The notes under the pieces: model-generated
Seen by the model: the letters and a program-made list of their open reading frames with translations, nothing else
What the model was told of the DNA's origin: nothing
The model's database searches: none
Shown: positions 10,901 to 21,692 of the stretch, piece after piece
Position numbering within the stretch: position 1 is the stretch's first letter
How the letters are laid out: each line of letters opens with the position of its first letter
Position numbers and translations under genes: made by a program
Origin: Epithemia pelagica
Lineage: Eukaryota; Protista; Bacillariophyta
Assembly: GCA_946965045.2 (NCBI GenBank)
Contig: OX337231.1
Span: forward strand, 2,418,001-2,482,000
Direction: 5' to 3'
Length of the DNA: 64,000 nt

Positions 10901-13900
10901 TTTCTCATTATTCACAATTTCTTGTTCAGATGGAAGTCATTACATTGGCTCAAGCTGCAATGGCCGTAGTCATTGTCATTATGATTCTTTTCTCAGGCTT
11001 CACCGTCCAGCCAGGTAAATAGTATGCGCTGATTATGTGTATTATACATGTCCCAGTTTCGTTTGTACTGACATTTACTTTGTTTTCTTTCGTGATATAC
11101 CAGACGTAAGATTCTCTGTTGCATTGTTGCCAAACAGGTCGTTCTTATTCCTATGCTTCGCTCACACATGTGCTGTATTGAATTTCGTCCACAGGTGATT
11201 CCGGACTACTGGATATGGGCATACTGGGTAAGTTACGCATTATACCTTATATTGGCGCAAGTTAGCAGTTTATGGCAGACAAGCTCACGCCTGTAACAAA
11301 TTTTGCCATTTGATTCAGATCAATCCCCTGGCCTGGACCTTCCGAGCATTGGCGGTGAATGAATTTGACAGCGGCGCGTATGATGACCCATCCGAAAATG
11401 ACCCCAATATTACGCGTGGAGAGTCCATCTTGATTCGGTTTGGTTTCACTTTTGGGGATGACAACGAACCGTTTACCTATGAGTGGGCTGGTTATGGTAT
11501 TCTCGTATTGTTGGGACTTTCTGTTATTTTCGCCTTCTTGACTGCCATTTTCTTCAACTGTATCCGGTTTGCGACTGGAAAGGTGCTCATCACAGAAGAG
11601 GAGGACGAAAGCGAAATTATGGAAGTGGATGATGAAGATATGTCACCAATTCCATTCAAACGTGCCGACCTGACCTTTCGCGACATGCACTATACTGTCA
11701 AATCATCGATTTCAGACGAGAAGTTGGAGCTGTTAAAGGGAATCAGTGGGATCGTGGAATCTGGAAGGGTACGTTGTCTTATGTTGCTCGAATGGCGTTT
11801 GCTCAAGCCGGACCTAAACTTTTCGGTAAAAATTTGCAGATGACGGCGCTCATGGGATCCAGTGGTGCCGGTAAGTCGCTCTGAAGAAGTTTTTGGGATT
11901 ACGGCTCTTGGCAATCCACTCATGCTGTTCCACTTGTTGATAGGTAAAACTACACTCATGGACGTGTTGGCTCTCCGTAAGACGTCTGGTGAGATTGAGG
12001 GTGAAGTATGGGTGAACGGACATCCACAAGAGGAAGAGTCATTCCGTAGATGCATGGGATATGTCGAACAATTTGATGAACAAAGTGAGCAACTGACGGT
12101 GCGAGAGACGGTGGGGTTCTCCGCTTTGCTTCGTCTCGACGAGAAGGACGACGCCGTAACGGAGGAGAGTCGAACCAAGTTTGTAGATACGACATTAAAC
12201 ATGCTTGAACTAACACCGATTCAGAACCTGCAAGTGGGAACGGACGAAACTGGCGGTTTGTCCTTTGAGCAGAGAAAGCGGTTGTCGATTGCCGTTGAAC
12301 TGTAAGTGATGGTGTGGAGAAAGGCAATTACAGATTCTATCACGACTAACGAAATTGTCTCTATGCAGCGTAGCCAATCCATCAATTTTGTTTTTGGGTA
12401 AGTTTGGTTGTGAAGGAACGGAACAGAACATTTGTTTCGTTTGGTTCATTCGTCTCATGTATTCCTTCATGCCATGGTTGTTTTGTATATAAATAGATGA
12501 GCCAACTTCGGGTTTGGATGCTCGAGCGGCCATGATTGTGATGCGTGGTCTTCGTCGCATTGCCAAATCTGGTCGTGCAGTCTGTGCCACTATCCATCAG
12601 CCGTCCATTTCCATCTTTTCAGACTTTGATAGTCTCTTATTGCTCAAGCGTGGAGGAGAGGTGGTCTTTTTTGGTGATCTTGGCGAGGGAAGTGTAAATC
12701 TCATTACGTACCTGGAACGATACGAAGCGACTCCCCGCATCCGATTGGGTGAGAATCCAGGTAAGATTGTGCTTCGGGGTGTGCATTGCTCATTTATGAA
12801 TTTTGTCTCTAACGACTATTGTTATAGCCACGTGGATGTTGACCACCATTGGCGCAGGAAGCGCCGGTGCTGGAAGTGGCAAGGCCTTTGACTATGCGGG
12901 AAGTTACCAAGAATCCAAACTTCGTATCCAATGTTTGGACAAGATTGAAACCATTAACCGCGGTGCCAACAACGACAACCTGGTGGCCTTTGAATCTCGT
13001 TATGCCACCAAGTTTTCGACGCAAATGAACGCTGTCTTGCATCGTGCCTTGACCATTTTTTATCGTTCTCCCAATTACAATGTCACCCGTAACGTTGTGT
13101 CCCTCGTGGTGGCCATCTTGTTTGGAAGTGTCTATGTGCAAGAACCGACACCCCAGGCGGAAGGAGACATTAACTCGATTATCAACTCACTCTTTGTGTC
13201 GATTCTCTTTGTGTCCGTCAGTGGACAAAATACCGTCTTGAGTTTCTTTGAAAAAGAACGCAACATGTATTATCGACACAAGGCTGCCAACATGTACAAC
13301 AGCTTGGCACTGCTGGGTGCCCACACGATTTCGGAATACCCATTTCTGCTCATTTCGTCAGCCATCTTTGTCGTTCCATTTTATTTCATGATGGGCTTTG
13401 AGTCGGATGCCGAAAAATTCTTTCTGTACGTGAACAGACGTTGTTACCATTGTTCGAACTAGAGTTTGCGGATTGAGCATTTGTTGCTCTACTGTTTGTG
13501 TTGGGGCTCAATGGTATGCTGGTTCTGCCTTGTTTTCTCTCTTGTTTCTCTGTGCATATAGGTTTTATACCTTTGTCTTTTTGGGCTTTACGAGTTTTAC
13601 CTTTTCGGGACAAATGTTCATGTCGCTGGTACGGGATTCGGAAACGGCCCAAGCCGTGGGTGGCATGTGGGTGACCTTTAGTGTCTTGTTTTCGGGTATC
13701 TTGATTCGTCCCGATGCCATTCCCGAGTTTTGGTACTTTGCCTATTGGATCTTTCCCGGTCACTACTTGTTTGAAGCTTTGTTAATGACACAATTTTCCG
13801 ACGACCAAACCTTGATTACCGCCTCGCCGGGAAGTGCCTTTTATGAATTTTTGCAATGTACTCCCCAAGATGATCCCTGTCAGGGCACAGTGGCCGACTT

Positions 13901-14033
13901 TATGAAGGCCAGCTTTCCCGACTATGATCGTGACAATGTGTATTATTGTGGAATTTACTTTGTGGCCTTGAATCTGGGCAGTCGGTTGGTGGCCTATTGG
14001 GCCTTGACCAGTTTGAATTATCGATCCACCTAA
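7966..14033 (+). CDS. Full-size ABCG/PDR-type ABC transporter (NBD-TMD-NBD-TMD), highly multi-exonic
   Basis: NBD1 has GAPGSGKST, VSGGEKKRVT and CCDEISTGLD. NBD2 has GSSGAG|KTTLMDVL (intron 11871-11943), LSFEQRKRLSIAVEL and DEPTSGLDARAA. The TMDs contain FYKQQDANF and ERNMYYRHKAANMY. Many GT-AG introns; stop at 14033. Confidence 0.95.
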
Positions 14034-14354
14034 GAGAGGCATGGGATGATCCTATATAATATAAATGGGAACAGAACCATTTGTGTGAGTGTCAAAGATT
14101 CAAGACCAGAGACAAGTCGACAAGAGAGAGGGAAAAGATCAATGTTATGGAAGAAAAAAGCAGAAGAGAAAGAACGGGGAAGTGGGATCAATCGGTCCCA
14201 GAACGGTTCGTTCGACACGAGCTACAGTTAGATGTGCGTGCCAGAAACAAACAGTTTTAGACTTGCTCTTTAGTTCTCTTGTGTTTTATTCTAGGGAATG
14301 GCACTGGGAGAAGCTTTTCTCTTTATCTTGACCCTTGTGTCTGGTGGTCACAAC

Positions 14355-14994
14355 GGAATCTGTTCCGCTTCGTTTGGCATGTGCCAATCCGGGCTGTGCC
14401 GTGTCGAAATCGGAACGACGGCATGCAAATAGGTATCCGTCACTTGTACGATCCGGACCGTCGGCAGGGATTGGACGACTTGGACGAGGGACTGCCAGGC
14501 CATTTGCGGATTGCTCGTTTCCGTCAAGTACGACCACGGGGGACTGTATCAGGCCGGATTGCGAATGGCGGACGTACTCACACCATTTTCCGTTGCCGCA
14601 ATCGACGACAAGGGACGGGTCGTCATTGTCGTCGTATCGGGCGTGGGGGTGGGAAGCAATTCTCCAAAACAGGAAACGGTCGTTTTGCTAGGATCGGACC
14701 GTGCATCCCTTGCGACCGGCCGATGTGGCAAAGTCTGTATCGGCCGCCCACGACGATGGAGTGGGCATCAAGAGGGAAACGGTCGTACCAACCACACCCA
14801 CCCACAAACAGGATCGTCGATCACAAGAAACAGGGGATTTCAAGGCGCTTGGCGGTGATGGAACTTGTGGTTTTTCGGGGGCCAATCCTTCCAGTCTGCA
14901 CGGTAATAGAACAAAAAGAAGCAGTGTTTTGGTGAAGGGCATTCGAATCGTCGTCGTCATGGTTAATGTAGAAGATGGATTGGCATGTGGATGG
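14355..14994 (-). pseudogene. Degenerate partial duplicate of the DUF1499-like gene at 22848-23970
   Basis: High identity to 22848-23970. Carries a 5-nt deletion frameshift near 14701, a CGA>TGA nonsense codon (PAR>PA*) near 14550, and an internal deletion of roughly 480 bp near 14405 that removes the 3' part of the CDS. Confidence 0.9.
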
Positions 14995-15050
14995 ACATAG
15001 AGGTCAACTATACTCCTATGTCATTGCGTTACCAGGCCATGATAAAGGAC

Positions 15051-15214
15051 TGTTGAGATACCGTGCAGACAGCGTCAATTCATTGATGAGGAAAAATTAT
15101 AAGTTATCGTGTTCGTCTAACTACATCGGCCCAGGTCACTGTCTTTTTGGTGCTGCGGCCAGTGTCATTGAGTCACGTGTTTCTCCGCGCCGGGCGACAT
15201 CCGCTTTCCCAATA
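15051..15214 (-). repeat. 3' LTR (164 bp)
   Basis: Matches 21711-21872 except for a 2-bp insertion (TTTTT vs TTT) and a TA rather than TG start on the element strand. Confidence 0.97.
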
Positions 15215-18200
15215 CCCCCCTGGTTCGGTATCACAGGAACGACAAGATCACGAAGCACGAGAAAGTGGGTGTCATCACGGTGTTCCTTCGTCAAGAGATC
15301 TGCAGGGTTAGTCTTTCCAGGGATATGGTGGACAGTCACTTCACCGGCCGCGATCGCGTCACGTACTGCGACCTGTCGCATGTTGAGGTGACGGAGACGC
15401 TTGGTGATGGCCCCAGTCCCACTCCAATCAACTGTCCCCTTATTGTCGTTGTAAATAGGGATAGGTTGCGATACATCAGACAGACCCATTTCTTCCATTA
15501 GGTAGGTGATATGTTGGCCTTCCTTAATAATCAAATCAATCGATTTGATTTCCGCTTCACAGGAACTGCGGCTACAGCGTTCCTCTCGTTCGACCTTCCA
15601 CCAGATAGGTCCGCCAGTACGCATCATCAAGGCACCTTGTACAGACTTACACTCGTCGTCGGTGACAGTGCGTGTTTCGATTTCCTCTGGCAACGGACGT
15701 GAGGCGTCTTGTGGTCCCCAGTTGGAATCTGTAAAGTCGCAAGTCTGATCGTGGTCTGGTGGAGAAACGTTGTGGGGCCACGCGACGAAGCCATGAAGTT
15801 GGCTGTCATCAGACCGTTCGACAAAGCATAGGCCACGTTCAGACGTACCGCGGATATATCGTAGTACGTGTTTTCCTGCTTCCATATGCTCCGGAGACGG
15901 ATTACTCATATGTCGACTGAGCAGTTTGTGGGCCACGGCGATGTCAGGCCGTGTACTAATTGTCAGCCAGGTGAGTCCGCCAATAAGCGATCGGTACTGC
16001 TTGACTAACTCCGAATTGGGATCGGCTGCCGTAGTAGGTGTAGGCAGACGATCGATAGGCAAGCCTGACCGATATGGTGTTTTGGCGGCGTTGCAATCTT
16101 GCATGTTGAACTTCTCGAGGAATCGCTCCACGAATCCAGGCTGAGAAATATGAACGCCCATCCCATTATTCTTGGTCTTGAACCATTGGTACCGGCATCC
16201 GAGGAAGTAGGTAACTGCGCCCATGAAATCGACCGTCAGCAGTTTGCCCAAAGACTCCTCGAACCACTTCTCAGTTTTGTCCGATGCGCTAAAATAGATG
16301 AAGTCATCGACGTAGACACCAACGTAGACTGGGGCTTCGTCCTCAAAAGGTTTACCCACTAAGACACATGGGTCATTAGCGCACTGTGTGAATCCCAAAT
16401 CATTGACAAGGACAGCAATAAACTTATCGTACCAATGTCGTGGGCTACGACGAAGCCCGTATAATGTTTTCTTCAATTTCCAATACGTTCCCGGCTCACT
16501 GATAGGGCATCCGCGTGGTGGTTCGCATATCACGACTTCATCCTCGGGCAGTTCCGGTTGACAGAACGCATTCTTGCAGTCGCCTTGCTTAGCTATCTTG
16601 CCGTGCTGTATGGCAAGAGATATAAGTAAGCGGCAACTGGTTGATTGTAGTACCGGCGCATACCGTTCCGAGTTCGACCATATACGTTCCTCCAAGTTTC
16701 CCAGCACAACTATGCGACTCTTGGCTCGATACGGGTTTCCAAGTTCATCTGGCTTTACCGTAAATATATTCATTGTAGGTATGGCCTTGAATCCTTGGGC
16801 CCTGTAGCGCGCATATTCTGCACCACTAATCACATCAAACACATCCATGGTCTTGAGACTGCCATGTTCCTCGGAGTAAGCGTCCCCCCATACAATTTGA
16901 TCGGTTGGATGTAGCTTAGGGAGATGAAGAAGGCAACTGGGAGCGCACTTCGAGATCAATTTGGCTGCGGACACGAATCGTCCGACCAGTTGGGGTGCAC
17001 CGGGGTTGGCGGGCCATCCCACTTGTAAGGTGCCCTCTCGTAATCGCTCCAAGTAGGTTTGGAGTAGATCCGGGAGCGGGATGATCGGTCGTTGATTGTT
17101 GTTCTGTTTGGCACGGGCGACAAATTCCCAATCACCGTCAGAATCCTGCCGTAATCGGCCGTGAAGGAACCCATGTACGTCCGAATAGAGGGTCACGGCC
17201 TCGTCAGCTCGTATCCACGACGGACGGAGTGGATGGTCGGCCGTGATATCAGAAACATGGTCGGCATCAGCAGTTTCGGTCGAGTGAAGGGGGCTGTCTC
17301 CTTTGAGGGGTAGGACCCCCCACACCATATCCGGATCGACTTCCACGGTGGTGTTGTCTGGCGTCTGTAGACTGTAACTAGGAGTCTGACTCGTAGGAAC
17401 TTGAAGGACGACGCCAGAGTGTCGGTCAGTAGAGCCTGGAGAGCTCCAGTACACCGAGGATCCAGGAGGATGCAGAACCTTGGCCTCAGTACGATCCAAT
17501 AAAGATAGTTGGAGCCCCCCATCGTACACGAGCGAAGGGAAGGCATCTGAGACACCACGGTCCACATCCAGAGTGTAGTCACTGGAAACGGAGAACGAGT
17601 GTTGGTCGGGGTTGTAAAAGACCACACCATTACAAAAGTCACTGCGACCCAGAGCAATACCGACAAAACTATGGGATTCGAAAGTGCGACGTTGCCGAGG
17701 ACCATCAGTCGGACGATTGAAGTAACCGATGGCGCCGAACTCAAAGAGAACCCGGTAGTCAGGTCGCTGGCCGTAAAATAAAGTGAGGGGAGTAGTCCAT
17801 TCTCCCGGGGACTCCTTCTCGGTGGAGAGCGACTGGACCGGCAGGAGATTCATCCGTTGGAAGGCAGTGCGCAATGCCCAAAACCAAAACCGAGCAGGAA
17901 GTTTAGCCTCGGCAAGGTAGGAGCGTGCCATACGGACACCAGTCCGCCAATACCGTTCCACGAGACCGTTGGAGGATTGGCGACGAGGTGCCGCAGAGCG
18001 GACACGAATTCGGAGACTGCGGAGAAACCGAGCAACGCCGCCACCCAGGAACCGACTGTCAAAGTCACACTGGATGACCTTGGGCATACCGCCCGCGTCC
18101 ACTATAAAACGCCAGAGAGCATCTTGAATGTCAGCGTGGCCGAGACTCCGTAGGCCATAACAAAACACCATGCGAGTGGCCGAGTCGACGAGGGTGAGAC

Positions 18201-21200
18201 AATAGTTGTACCCCCCGGGGGAGGTCCCATTGCCGTAGCCGATATCCATACCCACTAACTCCAACTTGTGGGCCCGACGACGTTGAGAGGGACCACGACG
18301 GCGCTGGTCAACTGTAACAAAATCACCAGCAGTAGCCGTAGGTTCCTGAGCCAACGTGACGGAAATGCCACGGCCCACATCGCCAAGTAAAGAGTATTCC
18401 TTGAGATTCCGATTGCCGAACAAACGGTGAAGAGCGAATGGAGTGACGCGGCGAGTCTCTCGAGAACCAGTGTCAGCGGTGTAGCAAGGTGGGAGAGAAC
18501 AATCGGTCGTGGACGTGGGTTGGTTGGTGGACGGAGAAGAAGGTGCATTGGCCGACGACGCCGGCAATGGAGATTCTCCGGTTGATTGAGACATAGAACG
18601 CGTTTGCATGCGGCGGAGCATGTTTTGTGCTCGACCATAGAGAACGCTGCCATTGGTATCGCTATAGACGGGAGTCTGGCTGGGCTCCACACACGGGGTG
18701 GCATCAATCAAGGCATCATCGGTATCGTCGACGTGGAGGACGAAGGTCGGGAAGGTCAAGTACATGCCATCATCATCGGCAATAAAGCTACAACCACTCC
18801 CTCGACGTCGATGTACACGAATGGATAGAAGATGCACATCCAACGTGGGAACGTGTAAGCAGTCCGCAAGTCGAACGTGATGCCCATCGAGACACACATT
18901 CACGGTACCACGACCCTCAATGGCCACGCGACTACCGTCACCCATTTCCACGTAATGATCGGTGAGCGGGGTGTAGGTGGCATCATCGAATAAAGAACGG
19001 TCCCAAAACATATCTGCCGTGGCCCCAGAGTCTGGGCAAACCAATGGTCGCGAACTCACAGCTGTAGGACTCCAACTACGACGACATGTAGGGGAAGATA
19101 GCTCGTTTAAATCACTTATGTCTAGCTCTCCTTCCTCAGGGGATGACTCTCTCAGATGTAGATAGGATGGGACGTCGCCGTCGCTACTGGTGCCATCGGT
19201 GAACGACGAAGAGTAGGACCAGATATCGGAATCATCACTCAGATCCTGTGTGGGAGAGAGAGAGGGTCGGTGAGTAGGAGAGCTAGCGTGATTGCTTGAG
19301 GCTTGATACGAGCACTTACGTCCAGGAGTAGGACTGGGACTGTCTTGAAGAGGGGACTCAGGGACACGACGGGCGGCCGCAGCGGTAGGAGTCGACGGCG
19401 GAATCGACGAGGAGTCGCCAGCGGAGGCGCGACGACCACGACCACTATTGGGGAAGGAGGAAGGTTTCCCGTCAGGGTTGAGGACACGGTCTTGTTCATA
19501 ATCATACTGAATGGTGAATCCGCACTCCTTCAGAATGGGGCATTTGGCAGTGGAATGTATGCCAGGAGCATGTTTCCGATTCCCCTTTCGATAAATCTTG
19601 CAGAGGAGGCACTTGAAGTCACGGTGATTTTGACGAGCGTCATCAGGACTGAGAGTGGCACCCACGGTGGTGAAGCCATCCGAACCAGGAGACTCTTGAA
19701 CTCGGCGACCCGTGGCAGCACCCACAGGGGCCTTCCCCTCAACCACGTCCATGGTAGACCGGTTCTTATAGCACTTTTCCCGAAACTCCTGGTGCATCAT
19801 CATGAACAGGTCTTGGGTGGTGATGGTAGCTAGGTCAATACGTCCACACTTGAGTTCTTCTTCTATCGTACCCATGGCGTGGCCATAGGGCCCCTTGATA
19901 ACCAAATAGTAGAGACGGGTACGGAACTGGAAGTCTGTCATAGTGTAGGAGTGAGTACTGAGTCTGTGACGCGCTTCCTTGGCCCGCCGATAAAACGTTG
20001 TAAGTTCCTCCTTGTTACGGTGACTGAGGCGGCTCCAAGTATCGAAGTCGTGCAAGAACGAACTAGTGGTCGTGGGATATGCAATTGCGCGAAGAGACGC
20101 AAGAAGCTTGATGCCGTTGCCATAGTCGTCAGTGGATCGAAGTTCCGACAAGACTCCGAGCGCAACAGGGTTGCGATGGACCTGGATGGAAATCACCAAA
20201 TGATAATGAAGGTGACTGGAAATTTCTCGATCGCGGGCGTTGTCTGGGGTGTCAGTATGAGAAGTAATGTCACTCCCATCAGAGAGCAACCAATGACCCA
20301 TGTGCACAATGTTGCGAACCGCCTCGTAGAAGACGTCAAACAATTCGCCGGTAAAAGCCGTGGCAGGGAATTCCGGAAATCCCTTTTGTTCCCGACGAAG
20401 TTTCCCATCGTTGGCCTCAATGGTACGTGGCTGCTCTTCCCCACGAGTGGATGCGGGAGTATTGACCACAGGAGCTGGATCCCCCCCGGACGCAACACGA
20501 GACGGGGCCGAGAAGTAAGAGTCCTGTAAACGGCGGACAACCTCGTCGACCGTAGCCGAGGGAAGAGAGGAAGAGCGAAGAGACGATGCGACCTGAGCGG
20601 GGAGAGACGAGGGAGGAACAACCGGACCACGAACAAAAGGAACCGAAGGTGGAGGAGGGAAGGGACCAGTGGGAGAGGATTGGTGGGAAGGGTCCCAACC
20701 AAGGAATCGCACGGCAGCTTGGTAGGTGCTGGCACTGGCAAATTCGGCACCATGCCCTGAGACGGCCTTAAAATCAATGGTACGTACCCAAGCCGCAGCC
20801 CAAGAGGTGAAAATGCCCGGATTCCACCCAGTCTTGACCACATAAAAGCGTTTCTGGGACCGTTGTTGACTACGATCCGGACCAACATAACCTCGTAGAT
20901 AGGGATGGCCAATACCTTCATAGGAGTCCTGAACGACGACTGCCTGAGGAGGGACGGAAGTACTAGTGCGAGCGTAGACAAGAAGGTCCGTCGGCCCCAA
21001 GGTTAAACCAGAGGGAATAGGACAGTTGGACAAAGGGCTGGAGAAACTCACATCAGGGACGGACTCCACACTGGTGTCAGAGCCAAAGGATGCAGTGAGT
21101 GGTGAAGGGGCAGTGGGAGCAGGCGCCGTGATGAGGTGTGGTGGAGGTGACTGGGCCTCTGGGAGGGTCCCATCAGTCATGTCATACGCAGCATCTTCTG

Positions 21201-21639
21201 CAGCTTCAATAGTGTCCACAAGGTACGAACTACGGTTGGTGGATCGGATAACGGATTGGTCGCCACCCGCAAGAATAACGGCTTGAGTGTAGGGACTGTA
21301 AACGCTGAGAGGGTCTTCATCGGCCGCGATAGGCGAGTACGTAGGTGGGGAAGGACCACTAGGTGCAGGATCCGGACGGACCCGAGGTCGTTCACTGGTT
21401 GTATTGGAGTCGACGGTCTCCACAGTGACTGGGTGAACAGCATTCGCTAGTTCTTCTTGTAGGGTTTCAATGTTACGTCCAACAACGGAGGTGCGAAGAT
21501 CCGACGATTGAGGGCTTGTAGGGACAGTGGTACCCTGCCATCCATTGAGGATGCGTTGAAATGGGGTACGGCGAAGTAAATTACCAAACGGAGTAGTGTG
21601 TCCTGGGGGATCCTCGTTGGATCGACCCGAGGTTGTCAT
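15136..21639 (-). CDS. Copia gag-pol polyprotein (2167 aa)
   Basis: Zn-knuckle-like CLLC...HSTAKC; protease CPDSGAT; integrase MDIG / QCDFDSRF / SNGLVER; RT RAKSRIVVLG, DCKNAF, YVDD; RNase H TDSNWG, SSCEAEI, DNKG, NPADLLTK. No internal stops. Confidence 0.97.
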   Translation of the reverse strand: MTTSGRSNEDPPGHTTPFGNLLRRTPFQRILNGWQGTTVPTSPQSSDLRTSVVGRNIETLQEELANAVHPVTVETVDSNTTSERPRVRPDPAPSGPSPPTYSPIAADEDPLSVYSPYTQAVILAGGDQSVIRSTNRSSYLVDTIEAAEDAAYDMTDGTLPEAQSPPPHLITAPAPTAPSPLTASFGSDTSVESVPDVSFSSPLSNCPIPSGLTLGPTDLLVYARTSTSVPPQAVVVQDSYEGIGHPYLRGYVGPDRSQQRSQKRFYVVKTGWNPGIFTSWAAAWVRTIDFKAVSGHGAEFASASTYQAAVRFLGWDPSHQSSPTGPFPPPPSVPFVRGPVVPPSSLPAQVASSLRSSSLPSATVDEVVRRLQDSYFSAPSRVASGGDPAPVVNTPASTRGEEQPRTIEANDGKLRREQKGFPEFPATAFTGELFDVFYEAVRNIVHMGHWLLSDGSDITSHTDTPDNARDREISSHLHYHLVISIQVHRNPVALGVLSELRSTDDYGNGIKLLASLRAIAYPTTTSSFLHDFDTWSRLSHRNKEELTTFYRRAKEARHRLSTHSYTMTDFQFRTRLYYLVIKGPYGHAMGTIEEELKCGRIDLATITTQDLFMMMHQEFREKCYKNRSTMDVVEGKAPVGAATGRRVQESPGSDGFTTVGATLSPDDARQNHRDFKCLLCKIYRKGNRKHAPGIHSTAKCPILKECGFTIQYDYEQDRVLNPDGKPSSFPNSGRGRRASAGDSSSIPPSTPTAAAARRVPESPLQDSPSPTPGRKCSYQASSNHASSPTHRPSLSPTQDLSDDSDIWSYSSSFTDGTSSDGDVPSYLHLRESSPEEGELDISDLNELSSPTCRRSWSPTAVSSRPLVCPDSGATADMFWDRSLFDDATYTPLTDHYVEMGDGSRVAIEGRGTVNVCLDGHHVRLADCLHVPTLDVHLLSIRVHRRRGSGCSFIADDDGMYLTFPTFVLHVDDTDDALIDATPCVEPSQTPVYSDTNGSVLYGRAQNMLRRMQTRSMSQSTGESPLPASSANAPSSPSTNQPTSTTDCSLPPCYTADTGSRETRRVTPFALHRLFGNRNLKEYSLLGDVGRGISVTLAQEPTATAGDFVTVDQRRRGPSQRRRAHKLELVGMDIGYGNGTSPGGYNYCLTLVDSATRMVFCYGLRSLGHADIQDALWRFIVDAGGMPKVIQCDFDSRFLGGGVARFLRSLRIRVRSAAPRRQSSNGLVERYWRTGVRMARSYLAEAKLPARFWFWALRTAFQRMNLLPVQSLSTEKESPGEWTTPLTLFYGQRPDYRVLFEFGAIGYFNRPTDGPRQRRTFESHSFVGIALGRSDFCNGVVFYNPDQHSFSVSSDYTLDVDRGVSDAFPSLVYDGGLQLSLLDRTEAKVLHPPGSSVYWSSPGSTDRHSGVVLQVPTSQTPSYSLQTPDNTTVEVDPDMVWGVLPLKGDSPLHSTETADADHVSDITADHPLRPSWIRADEAVTLYSDVHGFLHGRLRQDSDGDWEFVARAKQNNNQRPIIPLPDLLQTYLERLREGTLQVGWPANPGAPQLVGRFVSAAKLISKCAPSCLLHLPKLHPTDQIVWGDAYSEEHGSLKTMDVFDVISGAEYARYRAQGFKAIPTMNIFTVKPDELGNPYRAKSRIVVLGNLEERIWSNSERYAPVLQSTSCRLLISLAIQHGKIAKQGDCKNAFCQPELPEDEVVICEPPRGCPISEPGTYWKLKKTLYGLRRSPRHWYDKFIAVLVNDLGFTQCANDPCVLVGKPFEDEAPVYVGVYVDDFIYFSASDKTEKWFEESLGKLLTVDFMGAVTYFLGCRYQWFKTKNNGMGVHISQPGFVERFLEKFNMQDCNAAKTPYRSGLPIDRLPTPTTAADPNSELVKQYRSLIGGLTWLTISTRPDIAVAHKLLSRHMSNPSPEHMEAGKHVLRYIRGTSERGLCFVERSDDSQLHGFVAWPHNVSPPDHDQTCDFTDSNWGPQDASRPLPEEIETRTVTDDECKSVQGALMMRTGGPIWWKVEREERCSRSSCEAEIKSIDLIIKEGQHITYLMEEMGLSDVSQPIPIYNDNKGTVDWSGTGAITKRLRHLNMRQVAVRDAIAAGEVTVHHIPGKTNPADLLTKEHRDDTHFLVLRDLVVPVIPNQGGIGKADVARRGETRDSMTLAAAPKRQ

Positions 21640-21692
21640 GATGGGCTATTACCCACCACAGGGACGTTGCCCGCCGTGTAGGAAGCAATCGA

